A stretch of 64,000 nt of DNA. Source: Trypanosoma brucei (taxonomy: Eukaryota). Both the position numbers and the translations under genes were made by a program. The notes under the pieces are model-generated. The model saw nothing but the letters and a program-made list of their open reading frames with translations, was not told the DNA's origin and made no database searches. The stretch's first letter is position 1, and each line of letters begins with the position of its first letter. The DNA lies in the NCBI GenBank assembly GCA_000002445.1, contig CP000071.1, forward strand, positions 96,001 to 160,000, read 5' to 3'. Of the stretch, positions 36,894-47,290 are shown piece by piece.

Positions 36894-38198
36894 TGAAGCT
36901 CACAGCAGACCCTGGTGGACAAAATAAAAGAAAAATGCGACTTCGCTACATTTAAGCAAGACGCCGGCGCATCTTTCAGAGATATCAACCGGGAGGAAGA
37001 CTCAGCGGACTGGAAAGACGCCAAAAGCTCGTGGAACGTAGCGAATCCCCTCACGGTACACGCTTTGCTGCTACATAGCTTCAGGAGCATCGTCAACAAC
37101 AGGGCCAACGAAGCTCTGAAAAAGTTCAAAGAGACGCAAGCGACCGGACTCGACACAAACCCCAACATAATAGAGCAGATTAACGAAGCTCGAACAAAAG
37201 CGGCGTGCGCGAGCGACGGTATGTACGATCCCGCAGCAAAGACATGCAAAGCATCACAGGGCAATACAATCACAAAAACGGCAGAATGCACACCAGACAA
37301 AGCCGGAACGAGCATCGGCCGCGACCTGATCTGCCTGTGAGCTTCGACTAACGGAGCGGAATGTACCGGCACACACTTCACGCAGGATCAGATCAGCGTC
37401 GGCAACATCGTAGCAACTGCGTGGGAAAAAACGGTTGCGAAGTGCCCAAAAGCAAACACAGATCTCTCTTTAGACGTGGCAATAGACATCGTGCTAGCAG
37501 CTGTCGCAGCGCAAATCGGTGTAAACTAAAACAGCGCAGCAACAGCGCATACGCTCACGGGTGGAACTTATTCAACGAGTTGCGCCAATGCCGGCAGCAA
37601 CTGCATAGACTATTCGTAACACTACACCGGCAGCACAAAAGGTTTCTACAGCATCCCATGGGCCGCTCAACTGACAGAGGCACGCAACCTTTACAAAATG
37701 TACCAGGAATTTGTTGAAAACAACAAGCGGCTGAAAGCAGAGGTAAAGAAACTAAAAGCAACGATATCAATCAGAACTACTCCGACAACCTCAATAATTC
37801 TCCGGCAATACAAACACGCCAACAGGAGAATCCAGCGGAACTAGGGGTGACGACAAGCCGCAGGTAGAATGTGGAAAGATAACAACGCCAGATAATTGCA
37901 AACCAGATATGGGATGTAAATATAACGAAACTCCTAACAAATGCGAAGAAGATCCTAAAAGCCATGTTGTTCAAGCGAACCAAGAAACTGGAAAGACAGA
38001 TGGGGGTGTAAAATACTTAGAATATGAAATGAAGAATAGATGTGAGGCTGTCAACAGGGATGACCAAAAGAATTGTAAATGGAGAAGAGGGAAAAGAGGA
38101 CGAAGATGACAAGGATAGAGAAGTGCCGAAATGGAAGTTTTCTCATCAATAAGAAAATAGCTCTGATGGCTGCTGCTTTTGTGAGTTTGTTGTTATGA
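36894..38198 (+). pseudogene. VSG: VSG pseudogene, 5'-truncated at the ingi junction and frameshifted
   Basis: Directly right of the ingi 5' end an ORF reads '…SSQQTLVDKIKEKCDFATFKQDAGA…DLICL*' (VSG N-terminal-domain features, no signal peptide, GTG-marked start only). It continues in other frames (37361..37717; 37909..38109 '…CEAVNRDDQKNCKWRRGKRG') and ends with an out-of-frame GPI signal 'KCRNGSFLINKKIALMAAAFVSLLL*'. A 3'UTR 'tgatatattctaacac' follows. Confidence 0.7.
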
Positions 38199-38454
38199 CA
38201 ATTTTTAAAAGGATTTTTGCCCGATTTTATAAAATCTGTTATTTGTGATAATTTGACATATTTCTTAATATATGATATATTCTAACACTCTTTGATGAAA
38301 ACCTAAAAATCAGTAGAACTCTTTAAAAATACGTATGAAACTTTTTTACGGGTGTAACTTAGTACGGTGATAAGGTAGGTTAATGATTGCTTTTTCAATG
38401 TATATCCATTTTGGTTTTTTATAGCTATTAGTGATAGCCATATTGTAATGGTAA

Positions 38455-38535
38455 GTATAATAATAATAATGATAATAATGATAGGAGGGTGTATTGAGTG
38501 TGTATATACTAATTCTAATATTATAATAAATTGCT
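38455..38535 (+). repeat. 70-bp repeat; the last VSG-array element before the strand switch
   Basis: 'ataataataatgataataatgataggagggtgtattgagtgtgtatatactaattctaatattataataaattg'. Confidence 0.8.
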
Positions 38536-39692
38536 GTATAATATTGTGCATTTGCACGGCTGAGAATGGTATGTCTTGGTAAAGATTTCCTCGTTCACTC
38601 ACCCAGCATACCACCAAATCGTGCTCTTATGTGGTGCACAAACTTGTAATTTCTCTCTCAGAAAGAGACTTGTGAATATCATAAAGTAGTCACATTGTTG
38701 AAACACGGGTAAACACACGTATAAAAAATGCATATATTCATATATTTAACACATTTTGCGGTCTTATATCGTTTTTAATATCATAGATTGCCTATACTAT
38801 CCAGAGAGACAGCAATTCTCTTTCTAAACGGTTATTTACACGATGCATTTGGAACCTTCTTCAGTGTCAGCACACATATTATTTCCTGCGTCTTTGTAGA
38901 ACTCAAGGATGGTCAACTTATTTTATTCATATTTTAATTCACATATCGGAGGAACACACATTCAACTAAGCGCATGTCCATTAATTCTACCTACAGATAA
39001 TATTTTCAAAAGAAATCAGATGGAGGTATATTTCTTTTTACAGAATCATTTAATAACATATGCCGAAAAGCATGTATACAGTTAAAACAATTCTTGCTCA
39101 ATAAGCAACACGATATGGATATTTTGTCCTGAATCGGGAAATAAACCCATAAAATTACATTTTTACTTTTTGTCAGTTTATATGTGCACCAGCACCTCGC
39201 CATTCCCTCTTTTAAAATTAGATTTTCTAAAATTATTTCATAAATTATGAGAGAAAAGAAGAAAAACAATCTAGATTACCACACACACATACTCTGTCTC
39301 TCTCGTTCACACTATTATCAATTGTTTGATTTATTTAGAAGTGAATTATTGTTATTATTGATATTGTTTTTATTACTATAAAACATATATTGGTTCCTTC
39401 TTACACGCAAAGAGTGCGTCCTAAGATTTTTTCTCTGTAAATAGCACCTTCTCAAAAACTAACAACTTTATATCCCTTAAATTTCTCACCATCTTTATCG
39501 TTATCTCACACATTCACACTACTCTAATTTTCCCCTTTTCAGCTTAATTTCAAATATTGGTATTTCCTGTTTCTTTATTTTCTTAACATTTAGACATCAC
39601 CTTTTTTTGCCTGCATTAATGTCAATAAGGGATAGTATAACAAAATTATTATGGGGAAAAGATAAAGTGAGGAAAACAATCATCACGCGTGA

Positions 39693-40691
39693 TCACTCAG
39701 CGACATCAGCGAGAACCCGCCCACCGCGGCTGCGCACGAACTCCATGCGACGGGGCACAAGCACTGCGATCTCTTTACCAAAACGGAAAAAGACAGCAAC
39801 AGCGAGAAGTCCTGTGCCCATACCAATTAAGCTACCAGCAACTATATCAGCGAAGTGATGGCGGTTGTCACGTGTTCGTGAGATGGCGCAAGCACATGCG
39901 AGGTAAATTGGAGAAAGGCCAACGAGTGTTCGCCACACGGATGCTCCACTGAACGCGTGTAAAACCGAGAGGAAGTATAGGGCCATCGGTGTGCAGACGG
40001 AGAAAGCGCAACTACTGTGCCCTGAAGGAAATGAAAGCCTGCCATCCCTTGCTTTTGCAATGTCACAGAGATCTTTTGGATCTGTTCCTTCCGTAACGTT
40101 AGCCTTTTTCAATCTATCAAGAAAATCAGGACGGAGTCGGCCAGCATAAACCTTCAATATTTCCACCAAACAAACGGCCAAAATAATAGAAAATCCGTGC
40201 GCCAGAACCCAGTAATTGGTGGCTTCAAGACATGTCATAAGTCTCTTTGGATCATTCTCTTTGTTCCCTTCTGGCGATTCGTCGGGGTATCTTCCAGCCT
40301 TAGCAGCATTTGCGCCTTCAGACCTCTTCCCTTCTGGCTCCAACATCTCTACCCGCGTAGTGGCTCCGTCTATGAGTTGATCAGTTTCTTTCACATCCAA
40401 GTACCACTCACCCTTCCGAGCCAAACGCGCACGCAAGGCTTCGAACAGCAGATAAAGTCCAATAGGTATAAATTCCATGGAAAACAGTGTTCCTGAGGGG
40501 AATGTGGACTTCCCCTTCTTATGACTTATGTCCGTGTCATTCCATGAGAATGTTCGGCAAGGTGGGCGGACAGTCCTCATTCCATACACAACAGCCAGTG
40601 CAAATGTCACAAGTAGAATGTAGTCCAGCGCATGAAATACCTTTATGTAGTACACAAATTTTGCGAACCCTGTCTTACCATCATCTGCCAT
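39693..40691 (-). CDS. PAP2-family lipid phosphate phosphatase (phosphatidic acid phosphatase type 2-like), 332 aa
   Basis: ATG confirmed (the complement of 40689-40691 is ATG). The protein is multi-pass hydrophobic and carries all three LPP catalytic motifs in order: C1 'KVYAGRLRPDF' (KxxxxxxRP), C2 'SFPSGHSS' (PSGH), C3 'SRTRDNRHHFADIVAG' (SRxxxxxHxxxD). Confidence 0.8.
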   Translation of the reverse strand: MADDGKTGFAKFVYYIKVFHALDYILLVTFALAVVYGMRTVRPPCRTFSWNDTDISHKKGKSTFPSGTLFSMEFIPIGLYLLFEALRARLARKGEWYLDVKETDQLIDGATTRVEMLEPEGKRSEGANAAKAGRYPDESPEGNKENDPKRLMTCLEATNYWVLAHGFSIILAVCLVEILKVYAGRLRPDFLDRLKKANVTEGTDPKDLCDIAKARDGRLSFPSGHSSCAFSVCTPMALYFLSVLHAFSGASVWRTLVGLSPIYLACACAISRTRDNRHHFADIVAGSLIGMGTGLLAVAVFFRFGKEIAVLVPRRMEFVRSRGGRVLADVAE

Positions 40692-42766
40692 CTTTTAACG
40701 CCTTGTTGTGCTCAATTAAGTAACGACGCTGCAAAACAGTTATCAAACAGCGGATAAAATAAAGGAGAACGGTACAAAGAATGCATGAACATATTCAAAT
40801 TCAAAAAAAAAGATTGCAACCCCTGCATGCAATACGCTTTAACTCAATATTCCGAAGCTTTTTATTGCTCTTTGTGGGATTGTCACTGGAAAGGTGTACT
40901 GTACGTATGCAACTTGATGATAATTCTATAAATCACATCATAGAATAAAAAGTCAAGCAGCATATAAATAAAACAGTGTTAAATCTAATTACAAGGCGTT
41001 TTTGGATACCTCCCGTGCATTTTCCATACTTCATAAGATCTGTAATGCATGTGTGTGAAGATATTATATATATATGCACTCCTATGCTCCCGATATGTCC
41101 AGGGACTGTGTAAATGAGGAAGAGGTATTCGCTGTTCCAGACTTCCTCCACAAGCACAGAAACCATATAATTCGCGATCACTTGTCCCTCCTATACAACA
41201 CTATCTCCTTACATCATCATTGTCATGGAGAAGAATGCTGCGCACACGGACATGCGCAACAGTTCTTTTCCACAACTAAAATACTAAAATCCCATAAAAA
41301 CAGCGAGTATACACTCATCGATACTCACACCAGCAGAGTCACACTACTAATTCCAACTGTAAATCTGTATAGTGGAGGAAGGGGCTGTCGTACAATGAAC
41401 CAAGTATCCTTAGCCCTCTTCAGCGGTCTGAACATAAACTCGGTTTTTGTGCAGCTTATCCGCATAGTGGGAAGAAAATGGTTTCCGCTTCACGCGTCCT
41501 CTGAAACACCATCTTTTCAATTATGCCAAGAACGTTACGCCTTTGTTTCAGGGTGTAGTGGGATACTTGCTTTACTATATCACTGATTAGTTTTATATTG
41601 AAAAAGAGTCTCTTGACTACTACCTTCTTTCCTGCAGCCGCCTCTGATCCAGACATTGTGCAGAGGTAATGTTGTCTAACGGAGAAGCATGAACCGTCAA
41701 TTTGAGAGTTGCTAATATCCTTTAATGGAAAAACCTACTATATTTGACCAACCATTTCAATTAAACTGTTGTGCTTAAATGTGGAAACCTGGCGCAGCGG
41801 TACGTACTTCACAGCGAGAAAAGAGTCCACATATTTGTGTTTAAGAGGAGAGAACATAGCATGTGTAGTTCAGATGCTAAACGCAAAGATACTTTAGCTC
41901 GATTTTGTTTAGCAGCAATAACATCAAAAATAAAAACAACGGATGAGCAAAAAGAGAAACGCATCTCCACGTGCAGCCTGTTAAACAGATATTTACAGCC
42001 ATCCAGAGGAAAACATTTCACCACAAATTTCAATTTTCAGCACCGCTAATAATCTGTCTAAAACAACCTCTAAAAATCAAAGATCGTAAACACAAATGAT
42101 TACCTTAATATTGTGTTGAATGACAATAAAAAATTGCTTTTCTAGACAACGATACTTCCACGCACCATCTTTTTAAACACTTGTAGTCCCCATAGTAGCT
42201 TCTAGCTTAATGATAGCGTACAACATAAAGAAATTCAATACATCCTTCTCCAAACATATATATATATATGTATGTGTGTGTTAATTTCCTTTAAACTTCA
42301 CTCCCCTCACTTCCTTATATACCAAACTTCCATACCTTATCTAACCCCATATGTTAAGTGTTACATTACTCCTAATTTTCAACGTTCCAGCAGTATTTCT
42401 TTCACGCTGTTCATAATTCTATAAGGCACCGCCCATCATATAGGGTAAACTATTTTTAACCTTTTAATTCTATTTTCTTACTTTGTACTATGTGTACATA
42501 GGTTATTATATGATGTATATGAAAATTGGTAAAAAGAAGCAACAGTTATATTCAATTCCGAGAACACCTCATGGTGTAAATATAAGTTTTTAAAACTAAT
42601 GATACCATTCGTTACGACACAAATATCCTCTCGAATATTACAACAATCTTATTTATACCTTTAAATTCTTAATAAATAAATAATTATATTATCGACAGTA
42701 TTTCGTGATTATTCTTTGACGAATTCTTTTGGTCCACCCATGACGTTACCGTCATACAACAATTTA

Positions 42767-43618
42767 TTAAAAATAACATAAAATGCTTAGTAAAAAAAAG
42801 AAAATATTACCCTTATTTTCGTGTAATTTCCCATTGTTTCGCTTTAATGGACTTCGAACAACTTCATCATCATAATTTTCTTCATCATCTTCACCACTAT
42901 TACTTTCGTTTCCTTCCCCTATTGATTTTCTTCTTTGCATTCTTCCACGATATTTTCCTTTTCCCCCCTTACTACTATCCTCTTCATCCTCATCCTCATC
43001 CTCGCCCTCATCTTCTTCCTCGTCCTCCTCTTCATCCTCATCGTCTTCATCGTCTTCATCGTCTTCATCGTCGTCTTCCGTCCATAATCCTCCGTATGGT
43101 CCAACAATTTCTACACCCCGCACTCTTTGAATCTTCTCAGGGGTGAGGTAAGTGACAATACATTTTCCATGCACTGTACCCCAATGATCGTAATCTCCAA
43201 CATTTTTGGCCCATTTTTTTTCAAATTTCAACATATCCTTGGTGCATTTCGCAGCTTTGCTTCTCGTTAGTGGAAAGGTCCCATTTAGTTGACACACGGG
43301 ATTTATCCCCAAAAAATTCCAGCCTTTCATTGTTCTTCCCACAGATTCGAAGCTCGTATGATTCCATCCCTTTTTCGAATAGGCCAAAGCAATGCCACCC
43401 TCCTCACCCCCTCCGCAGTGCATCTTCCCCCACCTTATCCTCTGACCACCTCTTTCGCAATAAAACCGCATATGTCCACCTTTTTCAAATGCGGCGCACA
43501 CCTCGTCCAGTGATAATGAATTCCTATAGAGCGCATACATTTTGAGAAGTTCCCAAAAAGAGGCTTCAGCAGAGGACCCGAGAAAGCCGAGAATGAGCGC
43601 CAGTACTATGGTTTTCAT
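42767..43618 (-). CDS. Secreted/GPI-anchor-like Cys-containing protein with a poly-acidic tract (unrecognised family, 'gene A', copy 1), 283 aa
   Basis: ATG confirmed. It has a signal peptide 'MKTIVLALILGFLGSSA', a roughly 150-aa domain with a conserved Cys framework, the tract 'DDDEDDEDDEDDEDEEEDEEEDEGEDEDEDEED', a basic stretch and a C-terminal hydrophobic tail '…KGNIFFFLLSILCYF*'. Confidence 0.6.
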   Translation of the reverse strand: MKTIVLALILGFLGSSAEASFWELLKMYALYRNSLSLDEVCAAFEKGGHMRFYCERGGQRIRWGKMHCGGGEEGGIALAYSKKGWNHTSFESVGRTMKGWNFLGINPVCQLNGTFPLTRSKAAKCTKDMLKFEKKWAKNVGDYDHWGTVHGKCIVTYLTPEKIQRVRGVEIVGPYGGLWTEDDDEDDEDDEDDEDEEEDEEEDEGEDEDEDEEDSSKGGKGKYRGRMQRRKSIGEGNESNSGEDDEENYDDEVVRSPLKRNNGKLHENKGNIFFFLLSILCYF

Positions 43619-43717
43619 ATTGATCTCCTACTGACAAACACAGAAAAAATGCCCATATATTTTACCCAATACTCACTAACGTATTCGATATACCTTCTCC
43701 CATGGTTGTAAGTAATT

Positions 43718-44662
43718 TTAGAAGAAAAGAAAAATAACAATTATCAAAAGGTTATATAACGCTCTTTTATTAGTTACTCCCTCTCGGCACTCATAATCCT
43801 CATCATCGGCCTCATCGCTGTTTTCACCTTTACGCCTGCATATTTTGGATTTACTCTTTTCACCTTTAACCTTTGAAACTTTAGTCTCCACAATTACCTC
43901 TTCCTTCTTTCGTTTTTCTTTTTGATATCCAAACTCTTTTACACGATTCTTTTCTTCGCATTGATTTAAATCTTCATCCTCTTCAGTTGCATCATACCTG
44001 GCAAAAGGCACATTTTCACTAGTGTTTGGCATTTGGGATTCCATAATGACGGACTTTATCTGAGTGCTTTCTTTGCTGCAGTTCCCTCCTATTCGTTTGC
44101 ATGTGCTTTCCATAGCACTTCCTGCAAGAGCCGCAAAAATGGTGGAAACAATTTGAGTGCCTACGCTTACACCTTGAGGTGGCGAGTAAACATGGTTCAA
44201 GGCTATGATGCAGTGATTCTGATTTCTTAAACGCCACACCCGCATTGGACCAGTAGCTTCTGTACGCGGGGTTGCCGCGAAATGCGCAGGCGCACAATCG
44301 TTTATTGGTTCAACGATTATGGTTCGCCGCCTGCTCACCCGGCAGCATGGGTTGTAACCGCGACCACGAAAGGTGTCATTTACAAACTTGGCCCCGGGGT
44401 CTGAGAGGTGACGCTTCCAGTCTTCTAACGTCCATTGCGTAGGCAAAAGGTACATTCTACCGTCCTCTCCTCTAGAACACAATGTTATGTTCCACCCCTG
44501 CTCTGATTTTCGGATTTTGCTGTCAAAGTTACATGCTACAATAACACTTTCACCATCGATAAACCAAAAGGCGTGGCAATTCCTCACTCTGTTATATTCC
44601 TCACCATTACAGAGTGAGGAAAATAAAAGTATTATTAAAATAGCGCCTATCTGTTTACACAT
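43718..44662 (-). CDS. Secreted/membrane Cys-rich protein ('gene B', copy 1), about 314 aa from the ATG
   Basis: The track start at 44671 is TTG; the first ATG gives 'MCKQIGAILIILLFSSLCNG…' (signal peptide). It has a Cys-rich ectodomain ('NCHAFWFIDGESVIVACNF…YNPCCRVS…'), an acidic/basic low-complexity region ('EEDEDLNQCEEKNRVKEFGYQKEKRKKEE') and a hydrophobic C-terminal tail 'ALYNLLIIVIFLFF*'. Confidence 0.55.
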   Translation of the reverse strand: MCKQIGAILIILLFSSLCNGEEYNRVRNCHAFWFIDGESVIVACNFDSKIRKSEQGWNITLCSRGEDGRMYLLPTQWTLEDWKRHLSDPGAKFVNDTFRGRGYNPCCRVSRRRTIIVEPINDCAPAHFAATPRTEATGPMRVWRLRNQNHCIIALNHVYSPPQGVSVGTQIVSTIFAALAGSAMESTCKRIGGNCSKESTQIKSVIMESQMPNTSENVPFARYDATEEDEDLNQCEEKNRVKEFGYQKEKRKKEEVIVETKVSKVKGEKSKSKICRRKGENSDEADDEDYECREGVTNKRALYNLLIIVIFLFF

Positions 44663-45812
44663 CAAGAACAATTCTGAGGGCGTAAATTTTTAGAGGCAGT
44701 GAAGCAACAGATTGTGCACCACAACGTGGTTTAGATCTTTGGTTTCTAAAGGTAGTAGTGATAGTAAAGCAAACCAACATTGTGGAGTAAAGAAAGAATG
44801 AGCTCAGAGCAAAATAGAAAATGATGTGAGGTGTAATTTATATTTTCGTGAGATAGAGGATTTTTAATTTTTTTTTGTTGGAAAAAATTCCAAAGAGAAA
44901 ACTTTTTCAAATTGTAGTTTCCACTTCCAACCCTGATTCTTCTATTTTCAAAATTAAATATATGCAGAGCGGCACAAATCACCACCTACTATTCATTACA
45001 ATCATCTACAAATGTTGTGGTAAGTTATACCAAATGTAATACCGTTTTTATAAAACATAAACACATGATAATTACGCTCCGTTGCTTTCAATTAAAATAT
45101 CGAGTAATTCTATAACAGAATAGTCAACATTAAAAAAGAACTCTATCAAATTACGAAAAATCACACAAAAGGAACAATATAACAGGAAGTACCCATCCTG
45201 AAAACGCGGCACTTTTCTAAACACTTGTAATCCCCATAGTAGCTTCTAGCTTAATGATAGCGTACAACATAAAGAAATTCAATACATCCTTCTCCAAACA
45301 TATATATATATATGTATGTGTGTGTTAATTTCCTTTAAACTTCACTCCCCTCACTTCCTTATATACTAAACTTCCATACCTTATCTAACCCACCATATGT
45401 TAAGTGTTACATCACTACGAATTTTCACTGTCCCAACAGTATTTCTTTCACGCTGTTCATAATTCTATAAGGCACCGCCCATCATATAGGGTAAACTATT
45501 TTTAACCTTTTAATTCTATTTTCTTACTTTGTACTATGTGTACATAGGTTATTATATGATGTATATGAAAATTGGTAAAAAGAAGCAACAGTTATATTCA
45601 ATTCCGAGAACACCTCATGTTGTAAATATAAGTTTTTAAAACTAATGATACCATTCGTTACGACACAAATATCCTCTCGAATATTACAACAATCTTATTT
45701 ATACCTTTAAATTCTTAATAAATAAATAATTATATTATCGACAGTATTTCGTGATTATTCTTTGACGAATTCTTTTGGTCCACCCATGACGTTACCGTCA
45801 TACAACAATTTA

Positions 45813-46628
45813 TTAAAAATAACATAAAATGCTTAGTAAAAAAAAGAAAATATTACCCTTATTTTTTTGAGGACTTGCGGTACCTTGTTTTACCAGGTTT
45901 TGAAAATCTTCATTATCATTCGCATATTCATCATCGGCATCAGCACCATGTTTGTCATCTATTCCTTCTTCGTGTGCATTCTCACTACTCAATATCGTTT
46001 TTCGTTTTTTTGCGGTTCTTTTTCTCTTTTTGTGTCGCCTTTTTTTTTCAACTTCAAGTTCTCTAGTCATATTCTCTTCTTCATTCCTGCTCTCTTCTGG
46101 CTCGTCGTCCTCGTTAACTTCCACTGCTTCTCCTTCAGTTGAAAGAATGTCAAGAGGACGAGTGGTGATAATGCACTTCCCTTTCGCAGGATCCCAGCTC
46201 TTGTACCTATTACCATTTTTTACCCTTCGCTCCATCTTTTTTAGCGACTCGTTTGTGCATTGGGTGACCGGAACCTTAGGTAATTCAACTTCGTCATCAA
46301 TGGTGCACTCTGGATTCACTCCCAAATAAATCCAGTCATCCATATCTTGTTCCAGCAATATGTGCTTCTCGTAAGACTTCCACTCGTTTGAATAGGAAGC
46401 AAAAACATTCCCCTTTTCGTCGACACCGCAACTCATTACCTTCCAAATCGGCAACTCATTCCCCCTATGGCAAAACATCTGCATACCCCTGTCATCTGCA
46501 AACGCGGAGCACAACCGTTTGGGTGTCCCGAGGTCATCGTAAAACAAGTGCTTAATTTTATCCCATTCCTCTTTATCCGCAGAGGACCCGAGAAAGCCGA
46601 GAATGAGCGCCAGTACTATGGTTTTCAT
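45813..46628 (-). CDS. Gene A copy 2 (paralog of 42767..43618), 271 aa
   Basis: The signal peptide 'MKTIVLALILGFLGSSA' and the C-terminal tail '…KNKGNIFFFLLSILCYF*' are identical to copy 1. The central domain is homologous but only about 30-35% identical ('RLCSAFADDRGMQMFCHRGNELPIWKVMSCGVDEKGNVFASYSNEWK' versus 'EVCAAFEKGGHMRFYCERGGQRIRWGKMHCGGGEEGGIALAYSKKGW'). It has a basic run 'KKRRHKKRKRTAKKRK' in place of the long poly-acidic tract. Confidence 0.6.
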   Translation of the reverse strand: MKTIVLALILGFLGSSADKEEWDKIKHLFYDDLGTPKRLCSAFADDRGMQMFCHRGNELPIWKVMSCGVDEKGNVFASYSNEWKSYEKHILLEQDMDDWIYLGVNPECTIDDEVELPKVPVTQCTNESLKKMERRVKNGNRYKSWDPAKGKCIITTRPLDILSTEGEAVEVNEDDEPEESRNEEENMTRELEVEKKRRHKKRKRTAKKRKTILSSENAHEEGIDDKHGADADDEYANDNEDFQNLVKQGTASPQKNKGNIFFFLLSILCYF

Positions 46629-46727
46629 ATTGATCTCCTACTGACAAACACAGAAAAAATGCCCATATATTTTACCCAATACTCACTAACGTATTCGATA
46701 TACCTTCTCCCATGGTTGTAAGTAATT

Positions 46728-47290
46728 TTAGAAGAAAAGAAAAATAACAATTATCAAAAGGTTATATAACGCTCTTTTATTAGTTACTCCCTCTCGGCAC
46801 TCATAATACTCATCATCGGCCTCATCGCTGTTTTCACCTTTACGCCTGCATATTTTGGATTTACTCTTTTCACCTTTAACCTTTGAAACTTTAGTCTCCA
46901 CAATTACCTCTTCCTTCTTTCGTTTTTCTTTTTGATATCCAAACTCTTTTACACGATTCTTTTCTTCGCATTGATTTAAATCTTCATCCTCTTCAGTTGC
47001 ATCATACCTGGCAAAAGGCACATTTTCACTAGTGTTTGGCATTTGGGATTCCATAATGACGGACTTTATCTGAGTGCTTTCTTTGCTGCAGTTCCCTCCT
47101 ATTCGTTTGCATGTGCTTTCCATAGCACTTCCTGCAAGAGCCGCAAAAATGGTGGAAACAATTTGAGTGCCTACGCTTACACCTTGAGGTGGCGAGTAAA
47201 CATGGTTCAAGGCTATGATGCAGTGATTCTGATTTCTTAAACGCCACACCCGCATTGGACCAGTAGCTTCTGTACGCGGGGTTGCCGCGA
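46728..47290 (-). pseudogene. Gene B copy 2, N-terminally truncated at the duplication breakpoint
   Basis: The 175-aa ORF is identical to the C-terminal 175 aa of gene B copy 1, apart from 'DEYYEC' versus 'DEDYEC'. The ORF track's 104-aa entry 47029..47343 runs through the breakpoint: its 3' part is an alternative-frame ORF (paralog of 44019..44297) and its 5' end reads unrelated sequence. Homology stops abruptly at about 47290, at 'gtaattgggctccgacgtcagcccggg'. Confidence 0.6.

Larger units (their letters stand above)
42165..45215. repeat. Tandem segmental duplication, unit 1 of about 3.05 kb; unit 2 is 45216..47290, truncated
   Basis: 42170-42840 matches 45217-45880 ('cttgtagtccccatagtagcttctagcttaatgatagcgtacaacataaag…'). 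43560-44290 matches 46570-47290 near-identically. The region between them (gene A core) is divergent. Confidence 0.85.

Noticed and set aside
43718..44671. Track-listed start 'MFLM…' at 44671 for gene B, and 'MGHYGPKK' at 62990 for the VPS13-like ORF.
   Set aside because: The first codons are TTG and GTG, because the track labels alternative starts as M. The first ATGs are at the complement of 44660-44662 and the complement of 62964-62966.
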